Shown here: positions 28,420-38,641 of the stretch, piece by piece
Layout: each line of letters starts with the position of its first letter
Position numbering within the stretch: the first letter of the stretch is position 1
Assembly (NCBI GenBank): GCA_035315345.1
Contig: DATFYA010000085.1
Coordinates: 2,288 to 66,287, forward strand
Origin: Candidatus Methylomirabilota bacterium
GTDB lineage: Bacteria; Methylomirabilota; Methylomirabilia; Rokubacteriales; CSP1-6
Direction: 5' to 3'
Length of the DNA: 64,000 bases
Notes under the pieces: model-generated
The model's database searches: none
What the model was told of the DNA's origin: nothing
What the model saw: the letters and a program-made list of their open reading frames with translations, nothing else
Program-made: the position numbers and the translations under genes

Positions 28420-28456
28420 CGGCCCCGCCTCCCGCCCGTTCTCGCCGGCCGTGCGC

Positions 28457-29467
28457 TCAGGGCTTGCGGAGGAACATCCACCAGAGGGTGAGGCAGGCGC
28501 CCGCGCACATGGAGGCGAAGGTCAGGAGGCTGCCGACGGCGAGCGTCGCGGAGTTGGTGAGGCCCTGGTTGATGTTGCAGCCCTCGGCGACGAGCGCGGC
28601 CGCCCCCATGAGGAGTCCGCCGCCGAAGATCTTCGCGAGACTCGAGGCGGGGGGCCACTTCCAGGCGAACGTGCCGGTGGTCCAGGCCGCGATGAACGCG
28701 CCGACGGGCACGCCGAGGGCCATCAGCATGCTCCAGGTCACGCGGTTCGGGTAGCCGACCATCGGGTAGGTGAGGAGGTGGCCGGTGTTGGCTGCGAACG
28801 TGATGCCCACCGGGTGATCGCCGAGCGCAGATGCCCACCAGCCGACCACGATCATCACGCCCACCGCGGCGCCGGTGGCCGGCCACCGCCACGTGCCGTG
28901 CTCGGGCTCGCGGCGCCCGCGACGGAGCCAGATCGCGCCCAGCACGAGCAGCCCGGCGATCACGATCCACGGGGAGACGCCGGTGACGCCGGGCAGCGTG
29001 ACCGCGCCGCCGTCTCCCAACGAGATGACCGGTCTCTGCAGCATCGTGCGGATCGGCGCGAGGACGCCGATACCCGCGGTGGTGGCGCCGATCGCGAAGC
29101 CCACGAGGACGACCAGTGCGCCGGCCGCGCCCTCGCCGATCCGGTACCAGGCGCTGCCCGGGCAATCGCCCGCCAGGATCATTCCGACCCCGAACAGCGC
29201 GCCGCCCACGATGTTGGAGACCCACCGCAGGGGCCGTAGCGGGATCTCGACCAGCCCGAGCGCCTCGATGATCTGAACGCCGACCATCGCCACCAGCGCG
29301 GCGAGGACATAGGCGCGCAGGATGTTGCCGTCGCGCATGAGGACGGCGTTGGAGAGGGCGCGAGTCAGGCAGAACCCGCCGCGCTGGGTGACATAGCCGA
29401 AGACGAGGCCGACGGACAGCGCCGAGACGAACAGCATCCAGGACAGGTCGTCCATCGCGCCGCTCAT
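28457..29467 (-). CDS. YeeE/YedE-family (DUF395) sulfur-compound transporter, TsuA-like
   Basis: Two-repeat polytopic protein with the conserved Cys motifs (…RGGFCLTR… and …AEGCNINQG…). Start among several in-frame Met (29494, 29467, 29455). Confidence 0.8.
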   Translation of the reverse strand: MSGAMDDLSWMLFVSALSVGLVFGYVTQRGGFCLTRALSNAVLMRDGNILRAYVLAALVAMVGVQIIEALGLVEIPLRPLRWVSNIVGGALFGVGMILAGDCPGSAWYRIGEGAAGALVVLVGFAIGATTAGIGVLAPIRTMLQRPVISLGDGGAVTLPGVTGVSPWIVIAGLLVLGAIWLRRGRREPEHGTWRWPATGAAVGVMIVVGWWASALGDHPVGITFAANTGHLLTYPMVGYPNRVTWSMLMALGVPVGAFIAAWTTGTFAWKWPPASSLAKIFGGGLLMGAAALVAEGCNINQGLTNSATLAVGSLLTFASMCAGACLTLWWMFLRKP

Positions 29468-29544
29468 GCTAACGGAACCGCAAACGGCAGTCAAAGTCTC
29501 GTGAAAATTGACTTTTCGAGAAGCGAGGTGGTACGGTCTGGGCC

Positions 29545-30339
29545 ATGTCGTCCCGCCCCACCGTTCTGGCCTGGCTCGGTATCCTCGCGGTGGCGACAGC
29601 CGGCTGCGGCTCCGCGGAGAAGGCGCGCCGGGAGGCCGAGATGGCCGCGCTCGTCAAGCAGGTGGAGGAGCTGCGCAAGGGCCAGGAGCAGACGAGCAAG
29701 GACGTGGCCCGCCTGGCCGGTGAGCTCAAGGCCCTGGACGCGCAGGCCGCGTTCCTGGTGGGCGAGACGAAGACCTCCGCGCAGGAGCGCGAGCAGATGA
29801 AGGGCGCCGTCCAGCAGCAGGACGAGGCGGTGCGCTCGCTGCGCTCGGCGCTGGAGGAGACCAACCAGAAGGTGGCCGCGCTCAGCGTGCCGCCGCCGGC
29901 CGCGCCCCCTCCGAAGCCGACGGCGCCGTCGGGCGGCCGCGACGTCACCCCCGAGAAGCTGTACGCCCAGGCGATGACGAGCTTTCGCGCGGAGGAACAC
30001 GGGCAGGCGGTGCTCGAGTTCACCGAGCTCATCGACAGGTTTCCCAAGCACGCGCTCGCGGCGAGCTCGCAGTACTGGATCGGCGAGGCCTACTATCGGC
30101 AGCGCGACTTCAACCAGGCGCTGACCGAGTTCCAGAAGGTGCCCGATCTCTATCCCCAGAGCGCGCCCGCGGCCGAGTCGCTGCTGAAGGTCGGCCTGTG
30201 CTACCGCGCGCTCCACGACGTGCCGCGCGCCCGCGAGACGTGGCAGCAAGTGCTCAAGTCGTATCCGAAAAGTGACGCGGCGGCGCAGGCCCGCACGCTC
30301 ATCTCCTCGCTCGGAGCTTCCGGTCGCCCGGCGCGGTGA
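29545..30339 (+). CDS. YbgF/CpoB-like periplasmic lipoprotein (coiled-coil plus TPR)
   Basis: Signal peptide with lipobox (AVATAGC). N-terminal coiled coil. C-terminal TPR block (…SSQYWIGEAYYRQRDFNQALTEFQKV…LLKVGLCYRAL…). Confidence 0.65.
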   Translation: MSSRPTVLAWLGILAVATAGCGSAEKARREAEMAALVKQVEELRKGQEQTSKDVARLAGELKALDAQAAFLVGETKTSAQEREQMKGAVQQQDEAVRSLRSALEETNQKVAALSVPPPAAPPPKPTAPSGGRDVTPEKLYAQAMTSFRAEEHGQAVLEFTELIDRFPKHALAASSQYWIGEAYYRQRDFNQALTEFQKVPDLYPQSAPAAESLLKVGLCYRALHDVPRARETWQQVLKSYPKSDAAAQARTLISSLGASGRPAR

Positions 30340-30354
30340 CCGGCTCCGGCCGTT

Positions 30355-30382
30355 TTGACCCATTCCGGTCGTCCGGTATACT
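30355..30382 (+). promoter_or_regulatory. putative sigma70 promoter for dprA-topA (TTGACC-16 nt-TATACT)
   Basis: TTGACC at 30355-30360 and TATACT at 30377-30382, directly read. Confidence 0.45.
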
Positions 30383-30414
30383 GAACCGCACGTTGCAAAT
30401 TTTCATCCAAAGAC

Positions 30415-31350
30415 GTGAGGACGACGATACACGTGATGCGTGAGGCTCTCCACGACGACACGCTGCGCACGCTCGGGCGCGAGGACGCGGAGTATCCCGC
30501 GCTCCTGCGTCCGGTGCCGACCGCGCCCGCGTCGCTGCACGTGCGCGGTCGTCTCGTCGACGGCGACGCGCTCGCGGTCGCGCTGGTGGGCTCGCGCCGC
30601 GCCACGCCGTACGGGCTCGCGGTGGCCGAGACCATGGCGGCGGACCTCGCCGCGCGCGGCGTGACCGTCGTGAGCGGGCTCGCGCGCGGCGTGGACAGCG
30701 CCGCGCACCGCGGCGCGCTGCGGGTGGGCGGGCGCACCATCGCGGTGCTGGGCTCGGGCGTCGACTCCGTGTATCCGCCGGAGAATCGGCGGCTCGCCGA
30801 CGAGATCGCGCGGCAGGGCGCGCTGCTGTCGCAGTTTCCGTCGGGCACCCCGCCGCTGCCGCAGAACTTCCCCACGCGCAACGCGGTGATCGCGGGGCTG
30901 TCCCTGGCGGTGGTGGTGATCGAAGCGGCCGAGCGCAGCGGCTCGCTCATCACCGCGCGGCTGGCCGCCGAGCTGGGTCGGGAGGTCCTCGCGGTGCCGG
31001 GGCGGGTGACTGCGCCGGAGAGCCGCGGGGCCAACCGGCTGATCCAGGACGGTGCCGCGCTCGCGCTCGGCTGGGAGGACGTGGTCGCGGCCCTTCCCGA
31101 CCGCTGGAAGACCTGCGTTGACACGGCGGCGAGCATGACATCCGCGGCGACCGGGCCGAGCGAGACGGACGACGAGTCGAACCGGGTCATCCTGTCGCTG
31201 CTGGGGGAAGATCCGGTCGACATCGACCGCGTGATCGAGCGGAGCGGGCTCGGCGCGGCGCGGGTCTCGGCGACGCTGCTCGACCTCGAGCTGAGCGGTC
31301 GCGTGCGTCAGATCGAGGGCAAGCGGTTCGTCCGCGCGGTCCTCGGATAG
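30415..31350 (+). CDS. dprA: DNA-processing protein DprA (Smf)
   Basis: Rossmann-like DprA domain (…VVSGLARGVDSAAHRGAL…AVLGSGVDSVYPPENRRL…GTPPLPQNFPTRNAVIAGLS…). Start either 30415 or ATG 30436. Confidence 0.85.
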   Translation: MRTTIHVMREALHDDTLRTLGREDAEYPALLRPVPTAPASLHVRGRLVDGDALAVALVGSRRATPYGLAVAETMAADLAARGVTVVSGLARGVDSAAHRGALRVGGRTIAVLGSGVDSVYPPENRRLADEIARQGALLSQFPSGTPPLPQNFPTRNAVIAGLSLAVVVIEAAERSGSLITARLAAELGREVLAVPGRVTAPESRGANRLIQDGAALALGWEDVVAALPDRWKTCVDTAASMTSAATGPSETDDESNRVILSLLGEDPVDIDRVIERSGLGAARVSATLLDLELSGRVRQIEGKRFVRAVLG

Positions 31351-31358
31351 GAGAAACG

Positions 31359-33611
31359 GTGGCCAAGCGAGGATTGGTGGTGGTGGAGTCGCCCACCAAG
31401 GTCAAGACGATCCAGAAGTATCTGGACGGCAAGTACGTCGTCAAGGCCTCGATGGGACACGTCCGCGATCTGCCCAAATCCAAGCTCGGGGTGGACGAGA
31501 AGAAGGGCTTCAAGCCCGAGTACAAGGTGCTTCCCGCCAAGAAGAAGGTCCTCGACGATCTGAAGAAGGCGGCCGAGAAGGCCGACTCGCTCTACATCGC
31601 GACCGACCCCGACCGGGAAGGCGAGGCCATCGGCTGGCACCTCGCCCACGAGCTCGGCATCAGCAAGTCCAAGACGCACCGGATCATGTTCAACGAGATC
31701 ACGGAGCGCGCGGTGAAGGCCGCCTTCCTGCATCCGGGGAAGATCGACTCCAACAAGGTCAACGCCCAGCAGGCGAGGCGCGTGCTCGACCGGCTGGTCG
31801 GCTACAAGCTGTCGCCCCTGCTGTGGGAGAAGATCCGCCGCGGCCTCTCGGCCGGACGCGTGCAGTCGGTGGCGGTGCGCCTGATCACCGAGCGCGAGCG
31901 CGAGATCGCCGCGTTCGTGCCGGTGGAGTACTGGTCGCTTCACGCCCGGCTCAAGGGCAAGAACCCGCCCGACTTCACCGCCACCCTCAAGGAAGTGGAG
32001 GGCCAGAAGGCCGACCTGCCCAACGAGGCCGCCACCATGGCGGTGATGACCGGGCTGCACGGGGCGGCCTGGACCGTGAAGTCGGTGACCCGCGGCGAGC
32101 GGCGGCGGAATCCGGCGCCGCCCTTCATCACCTCGACGCTCCAGCAGGACGCGAGCCGCAAGCTCCACTTCAGCGCCAAGAAGACGATGATGCTGGCCCA
32201 GCAGCTCTACGAGGGCGTCGAGCTCGGCGAGGAGGGCGCGGTCGGCCTCATCACCTACATGCGCACCGACGCGGTGCGGGTGGCCGCCGAGGCCCAGGAG
32301 GAAGCGCGCCAGTGGGTGACCGGCCGGCTGGGTCGCGAGTACCTGCCCGACGCGCCGCCGGCCTACCGAGCCAAGAAGAGCGCGCAGGAGGCCCACGAGG
32401 CCATCCGTCCGAGCGCGGTGGAGCGCGAGCCCAAGGTAATGGCCCGCTTCCTCAATCGAGACCAGCTGGCGCTCTACCGCCTGATCTGGGAGCGCTTCCT
32501 GGCCAGCCAGATGCTGCCCGCGGTCTACGACACGGTGGCCGCCGACATCCAGGCCGGCGCCTGCCTCTTCCGGGCGCAGGGCTCGACGCTGAAGTTCGCC
32601 GGGTTCACCGCGGTCTACGTCGAATCGCGCGAGGCCACCGACGAGACGCCCGAGGAGGAAGCGGAGGCGGTGGTGCCTCCGCTCACGGTGGGAGAGATCC
32701 TGAAGCTGCTCGCTCTCGACCCCAAGCAGCACTTCACCCAGCCCCCGCCGCGCTACACCGAAGCCTCGCTGGTGAAGGTGCTGGAGGAGCGCGGCATCGG
32801 CCGCCCGTCCACCTACGCGCAGATCCTCGGCACGATCCAGGACCGCGGCTACGTGCGCCGCGAGCGCGGCACGCTCTTCCCGACCGATCTGGGGGTGCAG
32901 GTCACCGATATGCTGGTGCCGCACTTCCCCGAGGTCATGGACGTCGAGTTCACCGCGCAGCTCGAGGAGTCGCTCGACAAGATCGAGGAGGGCGACGCCG
33001 ACTGGGTGGAGACGGTCGAGGCCTTCTACAAGCAGTTCTCGCGCGACCTGAAGGCGGCGGGCAAGAAGATGGAGAACGTCAAGGTCGGGGTGGACGCGGG
33101 GCAGGAGTGCCCGGACTGCGGCAAGCCGCTGCTCGAGAAATGGGGGCGCTTCGGCAAGTTCCTCGCGTGCTCGGCGTATCCCGATTGCAAGTTCACCAAG
33201 GACCTGGGTGGCGGGCGCGAGCGGCCCGCCGACGAGCCCACCGACGAGATCTGCCCGACCTGCAGCCGACCGATGGTGATCAAGCACGGTCGCTTCGGGA
33301 AGTTCATCGCCTGCTCGGGCTATCCCGAATGCAAGACCACCAAGCCGATCACCCTCGGGATCACGTGCCCGCAGCCCAGCTGCGGCGGTCAGCTGGTGGA
33401 GAAGCGGACCCGCAAGGGCAAGACCTTCTATGCCTGCACCAACTACCCCACCTGCACATTCGCGGTCTGGACGCGGCCGGTCCCGGAGCCGTGCCCCAAG
33501 TGTGCGGCGCCGTTCCTGACCGAGCGCATCGCGCGCGGCGGCAAGATCACCCGGCAGTGCATCCGGGAGGAGTGCGGCTACAAGCAGGAAGTGGCTCCCA
33601 CGGTCGCGTGA
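31359..33611 (+). CDS. topA: DNA topoisomerase I
   Basis: TOPRIM N-terminus (…LVVVESPTKVKTIQKYLG…), active-site Tyr region, three C-terminal Cys4 zinc ribbons. Confidence 0.95.
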   Translation: MAKRGLVVVESPTKVKTIQKYLDGKYVVKASMGHVRDLPKSKLGVDEKKGFKPEYKVLPAKKKVLDDLKKAAEKADSLYIATDPDREGEAIGWHLAHELGISKSKTHRIMFNEITERAVKAAFLHPGKIDSNKVNAQQARRVLDRLVGYKLSPLLWEKIRRGLSAGRVQSVAVRLITEREREIAAFVPVEYWSLHARLKGKNPPDFTATLKEVEGQKADLPNEAATMAVMTGLHGAAWTVKSVTRGERRRNPAPPFITSTLQQDASRKLHFSAKKTMMLAQQLYEGVELGEEGAVGLITYMRTDAVRVAAEAQEEARQWVTGRLGREYLPDAPPAYRAKKSAQEAHEAIRPSAVEREPKVMARFLNRDQLALYRLIWERFLASQMLPAVYDTVAADIQAGACLFRAQGSTLKFAGFTAVYVESREATDETPEEEAEAVVPPLTVGEILKLLALDPKQHFTQPPPRYTEASLVKVLEERGIGRPSTYAQILGTIQDRGYVRRERGTLFPTDLGVQVTDMLVPHFPEVMDVEFTAQLEESLDKIEEGDADWVETVEAFYKQFSRDLKAAGKKMENVKVGVDAGQECPDCGKPLLEKWGRFGKFLACSAYPDCKFTKDLGGGRERPADEPTDEICPTCSRPMVIKHGRFGKFIACSGYPECKTTKPITLGITCPQPSCGGQLVEKRTRKGKTFYACTNYPTCTFAVWTRPVPEPCPKCAAPFLTERIARGGKITRQCIREECGYKQEVAPTVA

Positions 33612-33634
33612 GGAGTCGTCCGGATCCGTCGGCC

Positions 33635-34507
33635 ATGGACGCGGCGGTCGGCTCGTTTCTCGAGTACCTGGGCGCCGAGCGCGGCGCCTCGCCTCACACC
33701 CTCCGCAGCTACGCGGCCGACCTGACCGAGTTCACCTCGTTCCTCGCCGCCGAGAGGATCGACGGGCTCGCCGGGGCCGATACCCGCGCGATCCGCGCCT
33801 TCCTCGCGCAGCTGCACCGGCGGCGTCTCGCCAAGGCCACCATCGCGCGCAAGCTGGCCGCGGTGCGCAGCTGCTTCCGTTTCTTCGCCCGGCGCGGTGT
33901 CCTCGAGGTCAATCCGGCGCGGCAGGTGCGGAGTCCCCGGCTCGGACGGCGGTTGCCGTCGGTCCTGCCCAAGGACGAGGCCGCCCAGCTGCTGGACGCC
34001 GCGCCCGAGCCCACCGCGGCCGGGGCGCGGGACCGCGCCCTGCTCGAGCTGCTCTACGCGAGCGGACTGCGCGTGGCCGAGGGCTGCGGCCTCGACCTCG
34101 ACGACGTCGACGGGGCACGCCGCACCGTGCGGGTGCTGGGCAAGGGCGACAAGGAGCGCGTGGTGCCGGTGGGCGAGACCGCGCTGGAGGCCCTGGACGC
34201 CTACCTCGCCATGCGCGGGCGGCAGCGTGGGCCGCTCTTCCTCAACGCGCGGGGCGGACGGCTCACCCCGCGCAGCGCGCATCGCATCGTGAAGCGGCTG
34301 GCCCGGCGGGCCGGCATCACCCAGCGGGTGACGCCGCACACGCTCCGTCACAGCTTCGCCACCCACATGCTGGGCGAGGGCGCCGATCTGCGGCTGATCC
34401 AGGAGCTGCTCGGCCACCGCCGCCTCTCCACGACGCAGCGCTATACCCACGTGAGCCCGGAGCACCTCATGCGGGTGTACGATGCGGCGCATCCCCGAGC
34501 GACCTGA
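33635..34507 (+). CDS. xerC: tyrosine recombinase XerC/XerD family
   Basis: Phage-integrase fold with R…HxxR…Y catalytic residues (…[12 protein letters not shown]…[15 protein letters not shown]…). The ORF's long 5' extension overlaps topA in another frame and is rejected. Confidence 0.85.
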   Translation: MDAAVGSFLEYLGAERGASPHTLRSYAADLTEFTSFLAAERIDGLAGADTRAIRAFLAQLHRRRLAKATIARKLAAVRSCFRFFARRGVLEVNPARQVRSPRLGRRLPSVLPKDEAAQLLDAAPEPTAAGARDRALLELLYASGLRVAEGCGLDLDDVDGARRTVRVLGKGDKERVVPVGETALEALDAYLAMRGRQRGPLFLNARGGRLTPRSAHRIVKRLARRAGITQRVTPHTLRHSFATHMLGEGADLRLIQELLGHRRLSTTQRYTHVSPEHLMRVYDAAHPRAT

Positions 34508-34529
34508 CGAGGAGCGTTTGAGCGCCACG

Positions 34530-35092
34530 ATGTCCGAAGACCCCGGGCGGATCCATCCGGCCGGCGCGATCCACGCGACCACCGTGGTCTGCGTGCGCCA
34601 CCGCGGTCGAATCGCGGTGGCCGGCGACGGCCAGGTGACCTTCGGCCAGACCATCATGAAGGCGGGCGCCCGCAAGGTCCGCAAGATGCATCACGACCGT
34701 GTGCTCGCCGGCTTCGCGGGCGCGGCCGCCGACGCCTTCACTCTCTTCGCCCGGTTCGAGGCCAAGCTGGAAGAGCACCGCGGCAACCTGGCCCGGGCCG
34801 CGGTGGAGCTGGCGAAGGAATGGCGGATGGACCGCGTCCTGCGCCGGCTGGAGGCGCTGCTCGCGGTGGCCGACACCGAGTCGACCTTCATCGTGTCCGG
34901 CACCGGCGACGTGATCGAGCCCGACGACGGGCTCGTGGGCATCGGCTCGGGCGGACCCTTCGCCCTCGCGGCGGCGCGGGCCCTCTGCGCCCACTCCACG
35001 CTGGAGGCGCCCGAGATCGCCGAGCAGTCCCTCCGCATCGCGGCGGGCATCTGCGTCTACACCAACGACCAGATCACGGTGCTGACCCTCTG

Positions 35093-35093
<1 letters not shown>
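34530..35093 (+). CDS. hslV: ATP-dependent protease subunit HslV (CodW-like, with N-terminal extension before the TT catalytic dyad)
   Basis: …[31 protein letters not shown]…GSGG… near-identical in pattern to HslV/CodW. First in-frame ATG lies 18 codons upstream of the Thr-Thr. Confidence 0.85.
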
Positions 35094-36454
<1,361 letters not shown>

Positions 36455-36469
36455 AGGACGAGCGCGGCC

Positions 36470-37342
36470 ATGGCGAACCCGGAGCTGATTGAGCGGGCCG
36501 AGGTCCTGATCGAGGCGCTTCCCTACATCCGCGCCTTCCAGGGCAAGACCCTCGTGATCAAGTACGGGGGCGCGGCCATGGAACAGGCCGACCTCAAGGA
36601 GCAGTTCGCCAAGGACGTCCTGCTGCTGCGGCTGGTCGGCATCCGCCCGGTGATCGTGCACGGGGGCGGGCCGCAGATCGGCGCGCTCATGAAGCGGCTC
36701 GGCAAGGAGCCGCGCTTCGTGGGCGGCATGCGCGTCACCGACGAGGAGACGGTCCAGATCGTGGAGATGGTGCTGGTCGGCAAGATCAACAAGGAGATCG
36801 TCGGCCTGATCAACCTCCACGGGGGCCGCGCGGTGGGGCTCTCCGGCAAGGACGCGAGCCTCCTGCGGGCCCACAAGCGCCTGCACCGCATGCCCGACGG
36901 TACCTCGGCCGACATCGGCCTGGTCGGCGAGGTGGAGTCGGTGAATCCCGAGCCCATCCGTCTCCTCGAGGAGAACGGATTCATCCCGGTGATCGCGCCG
37001 ATCGGAGTCGGCGCGGAGGGCGAGACCTACAACATCAACGCGGACCTGGTGGCGGGCGACGTGGCCGCGGCCCTGTTCGCGGAGAAGCTGATCCACCTCA
37101 CCGACGTGACCGGCATCAACGGGGAGGACGGCCGGCTGGTCTCCACGCTGACCAAGCGCGAGGCGGAGCGGCTGATCAAGGCGGGCGTCATCGACGGCGG
37201 CATGCTGCCCAAGGTGGAATCGTCGCTGCGGGCGCTGACCGGGGGAGCCCAGAAGGCCCACATCATCGACGGCCGCGTCCCCCACGCGATCCTCCTCGAG
37301 GTGCTCACCAAGGAAGGAATCGGGACGGAGATAGTTTTGTGA
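36470..37342 (+). CDS. argB: acetylglutamate kinase
   Basis: Amino-acid kinase fold, …KTLVIKYGGAAM…VIVHGGGPQI…. Confidence 0.95.
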   Translation: MANPELIERAEVLIEALPYIRAFQGKTLVIKYGGAAMEQADLKEQFAKDVLLLRLVGIRPVIVHGGGPQIGALMKRLGKEPRFVGGMRVTDEETVQIVEMVLVGKINKEIVGLINLHGGRAVGLSGKDASLLRAHKRLHRMPDGTSADIGLVGEVESVNPEPIRLLEENGFIPVIAPIGVGAEGETYNINADLVAGDVAAALFAEKLIHLTDVTGINGEDGRLVSTLTKREAERLIKAGVIDGGMLPKVESSLRALTGGAQKAHIIDGRVPHAILLEVLTKEGIGTEIVL

Positions 37343-37343
37343 G

Positions 37344-37427
37344 CCGCAGCCGAAGGCGAGGCGAACGCATTTGAAAGAGCAGTTTCCGGTCGCATCGCCG
37401 CAGCGAGGCGAACGCATTTGAAAGAGG
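37344..37427 (+). repeat. imperfect direct repeat (about 31-36 bp x 2, GCCGCAGC(CGAAG)GCGAGGCGAACGCATTTGAAAGAG) in the argB-argD spacer
   Basis: Copies at 37344-37379 and 37397-37427, separated by 17 nt. The second copy supplies the argD Shine-Dalgarno (GAAAGAGGGG). Confidence 0.6.
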
Positions 37428-37438
37428 GGCGAGAGCAC

Positions 37439-38641
37439 ATGACCGATACGAAGACCCTGATCGAGTGGGCGGACAAGCACCTGATGACCACCGCCAAGCG
37501 CAACCCGGTGGTGCTGGTACGCGGCGAAGGCGCGCGAGTCTGGGACAGCGACGGCAAGGAGTATCTCGATTTCACCGGCGGCATCGCGGTGACCGCGCTC
37601 GGCCATTCCCATCCCAAGGTGGTGGGGACCATGCGCGAGCAGGCGGCCACGCTGCTCCACGTGTCGAACCTGTTCTACATCCCGCAGCAGACCCAGCTCG
37701 CCAAGCTGCTCTGCGACCACTCCTTCGCGGATCGGGTGTTCTTCTCCAACTCGGGCGCGGAGGCCAACGAATCCGCGATCAAGCTCGCGCGCAAGTGGGC
37801 CAAGGAGCACGGGGCCAGCGACCGCGGCGACATCATCACGATGCGGGGCGGCTTTCACGGGCGGACCCTCGCCACCGTCACCGCCACCGCCCAGGAGAAG
37901 TACCACCACGGCTTCGAGCCGCTGCCCGGCGGGTTCAAGTACGTGCCCTTCAACGATCTCCGCGCGGTCGAGCGCGCCATCGACAGCCACACCGCCGCGG
38001 TGATGGTCGAGCCCATCCAGGGTGAGGGCGGCGTGAACATCCCGGACGACGGTTACCTGCCGGGCCTCCGCAAGCTCTGCGACGCGGCGGGCATCCTGCT
38101 GGTGCTCGACGAGATCCAGACCGGGATGGGCCGCACCGGGCGCCTGTGGGCCTACGAGCACTCGGGGGTGGAGCCGGACATCATGACGCTGGCCAAGGCC
38201 CTGGCCAACGGCGTCCCCATCGGGGCTACCCTCGCCACCGAGAGCGTGGCCTCTGCGTTCACCCCCGGCACCCATGGCTCGACTTTCGGCGGCAATCCGT
38301 TCGCCACCGCGGTCGGGCTGACCGTCTTCGCCACTCTCATGGAGGAGCGCCTGCCCGAGCGCGCGGCCAGCATGGGCCGTCTCCTGCGGGAGCAGCTGGA
38401 GGCGGTGCGGGCGCGGCACCCGAAGGCGGCGACGGCGGTGCGGGGACGGGGGCTGCTGGTGGGCATGGACCTGGTGCCGCCGGTCGGGGACGTCATCACC
38501 GCCTGCCGTCAGCGGGGCCTCCTGCTGCTGAGCGCGGGCGACAACACGCTGCGGCTCGCGCCCCCGCTGGTGGTGGACGAGGCCTCGATCAAGCGCGGGA
38601 TGGAGATCATCGACCAGGCCCTCGCCGGCTTCGCACGGTGA
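37439..38641 (+). CDS. argD: acetylornithine aminotransferase
   Basis: Class-III PLP aminotransferase (…LDFTGGIAVTALGHSHPKVV…), in the arg context. Confidence 0.9.
   Translation: MTDTKTLIEWADKHLMTTAKRNPVVLVRGEGARVWDSDGKEYLDFTGGIAVTALGHSHPKVVGTMREQAATLLHVSNLFYIPQQTQLAKLLCDHSFADRVFFSNSGAEANESAIKLARKWAKEHGASDRGDIITMRGGFHGRTLATVTATAQEKYHHGFEPLPGGFKYVPFNDLRAVERAIDSHTAAVMVEPIQGEGGVNIPDDGYLPGLRKLCDAAGILLVLDEIQTGMGRTGRLWAYEHSGVEPDIMTLAKALANGVPIGATLATESVASAFTPGTHGSTFGGNPFATAVGLTVFATLMEERLPERAASMGRLLREQLEAVRARHPKAATAVRGRGLLVGMDLVPPVGDVITACRQRGLLLLSAGDNTLRLAPPLVVDEASIKRGMEIIDQALAGFAR

Noticed and set aside
27872-29225. ORFs called inside the moeA-yeeE repeat block (27910-28254 +, 28296-28754 +, 27872-28117 -, 28066-28257 -, 28131-29225 -)
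   Set aside because: They translate the MITE-like repeats and the duplicated gene-end fragments. Their products are mutually similar only because the DNA is repeated. The 28131-29225 ORF is antisense to yeeE.
37344-37427. ArgR operator (ARG box) in the argB-argD spacer
   Set aside because: The repeat (…GCGAACGCATTTGAAAGAG…) does not fit the TNTGAATWWWWATTCANW palindrome. It is a direct repeat, not an inverted one.
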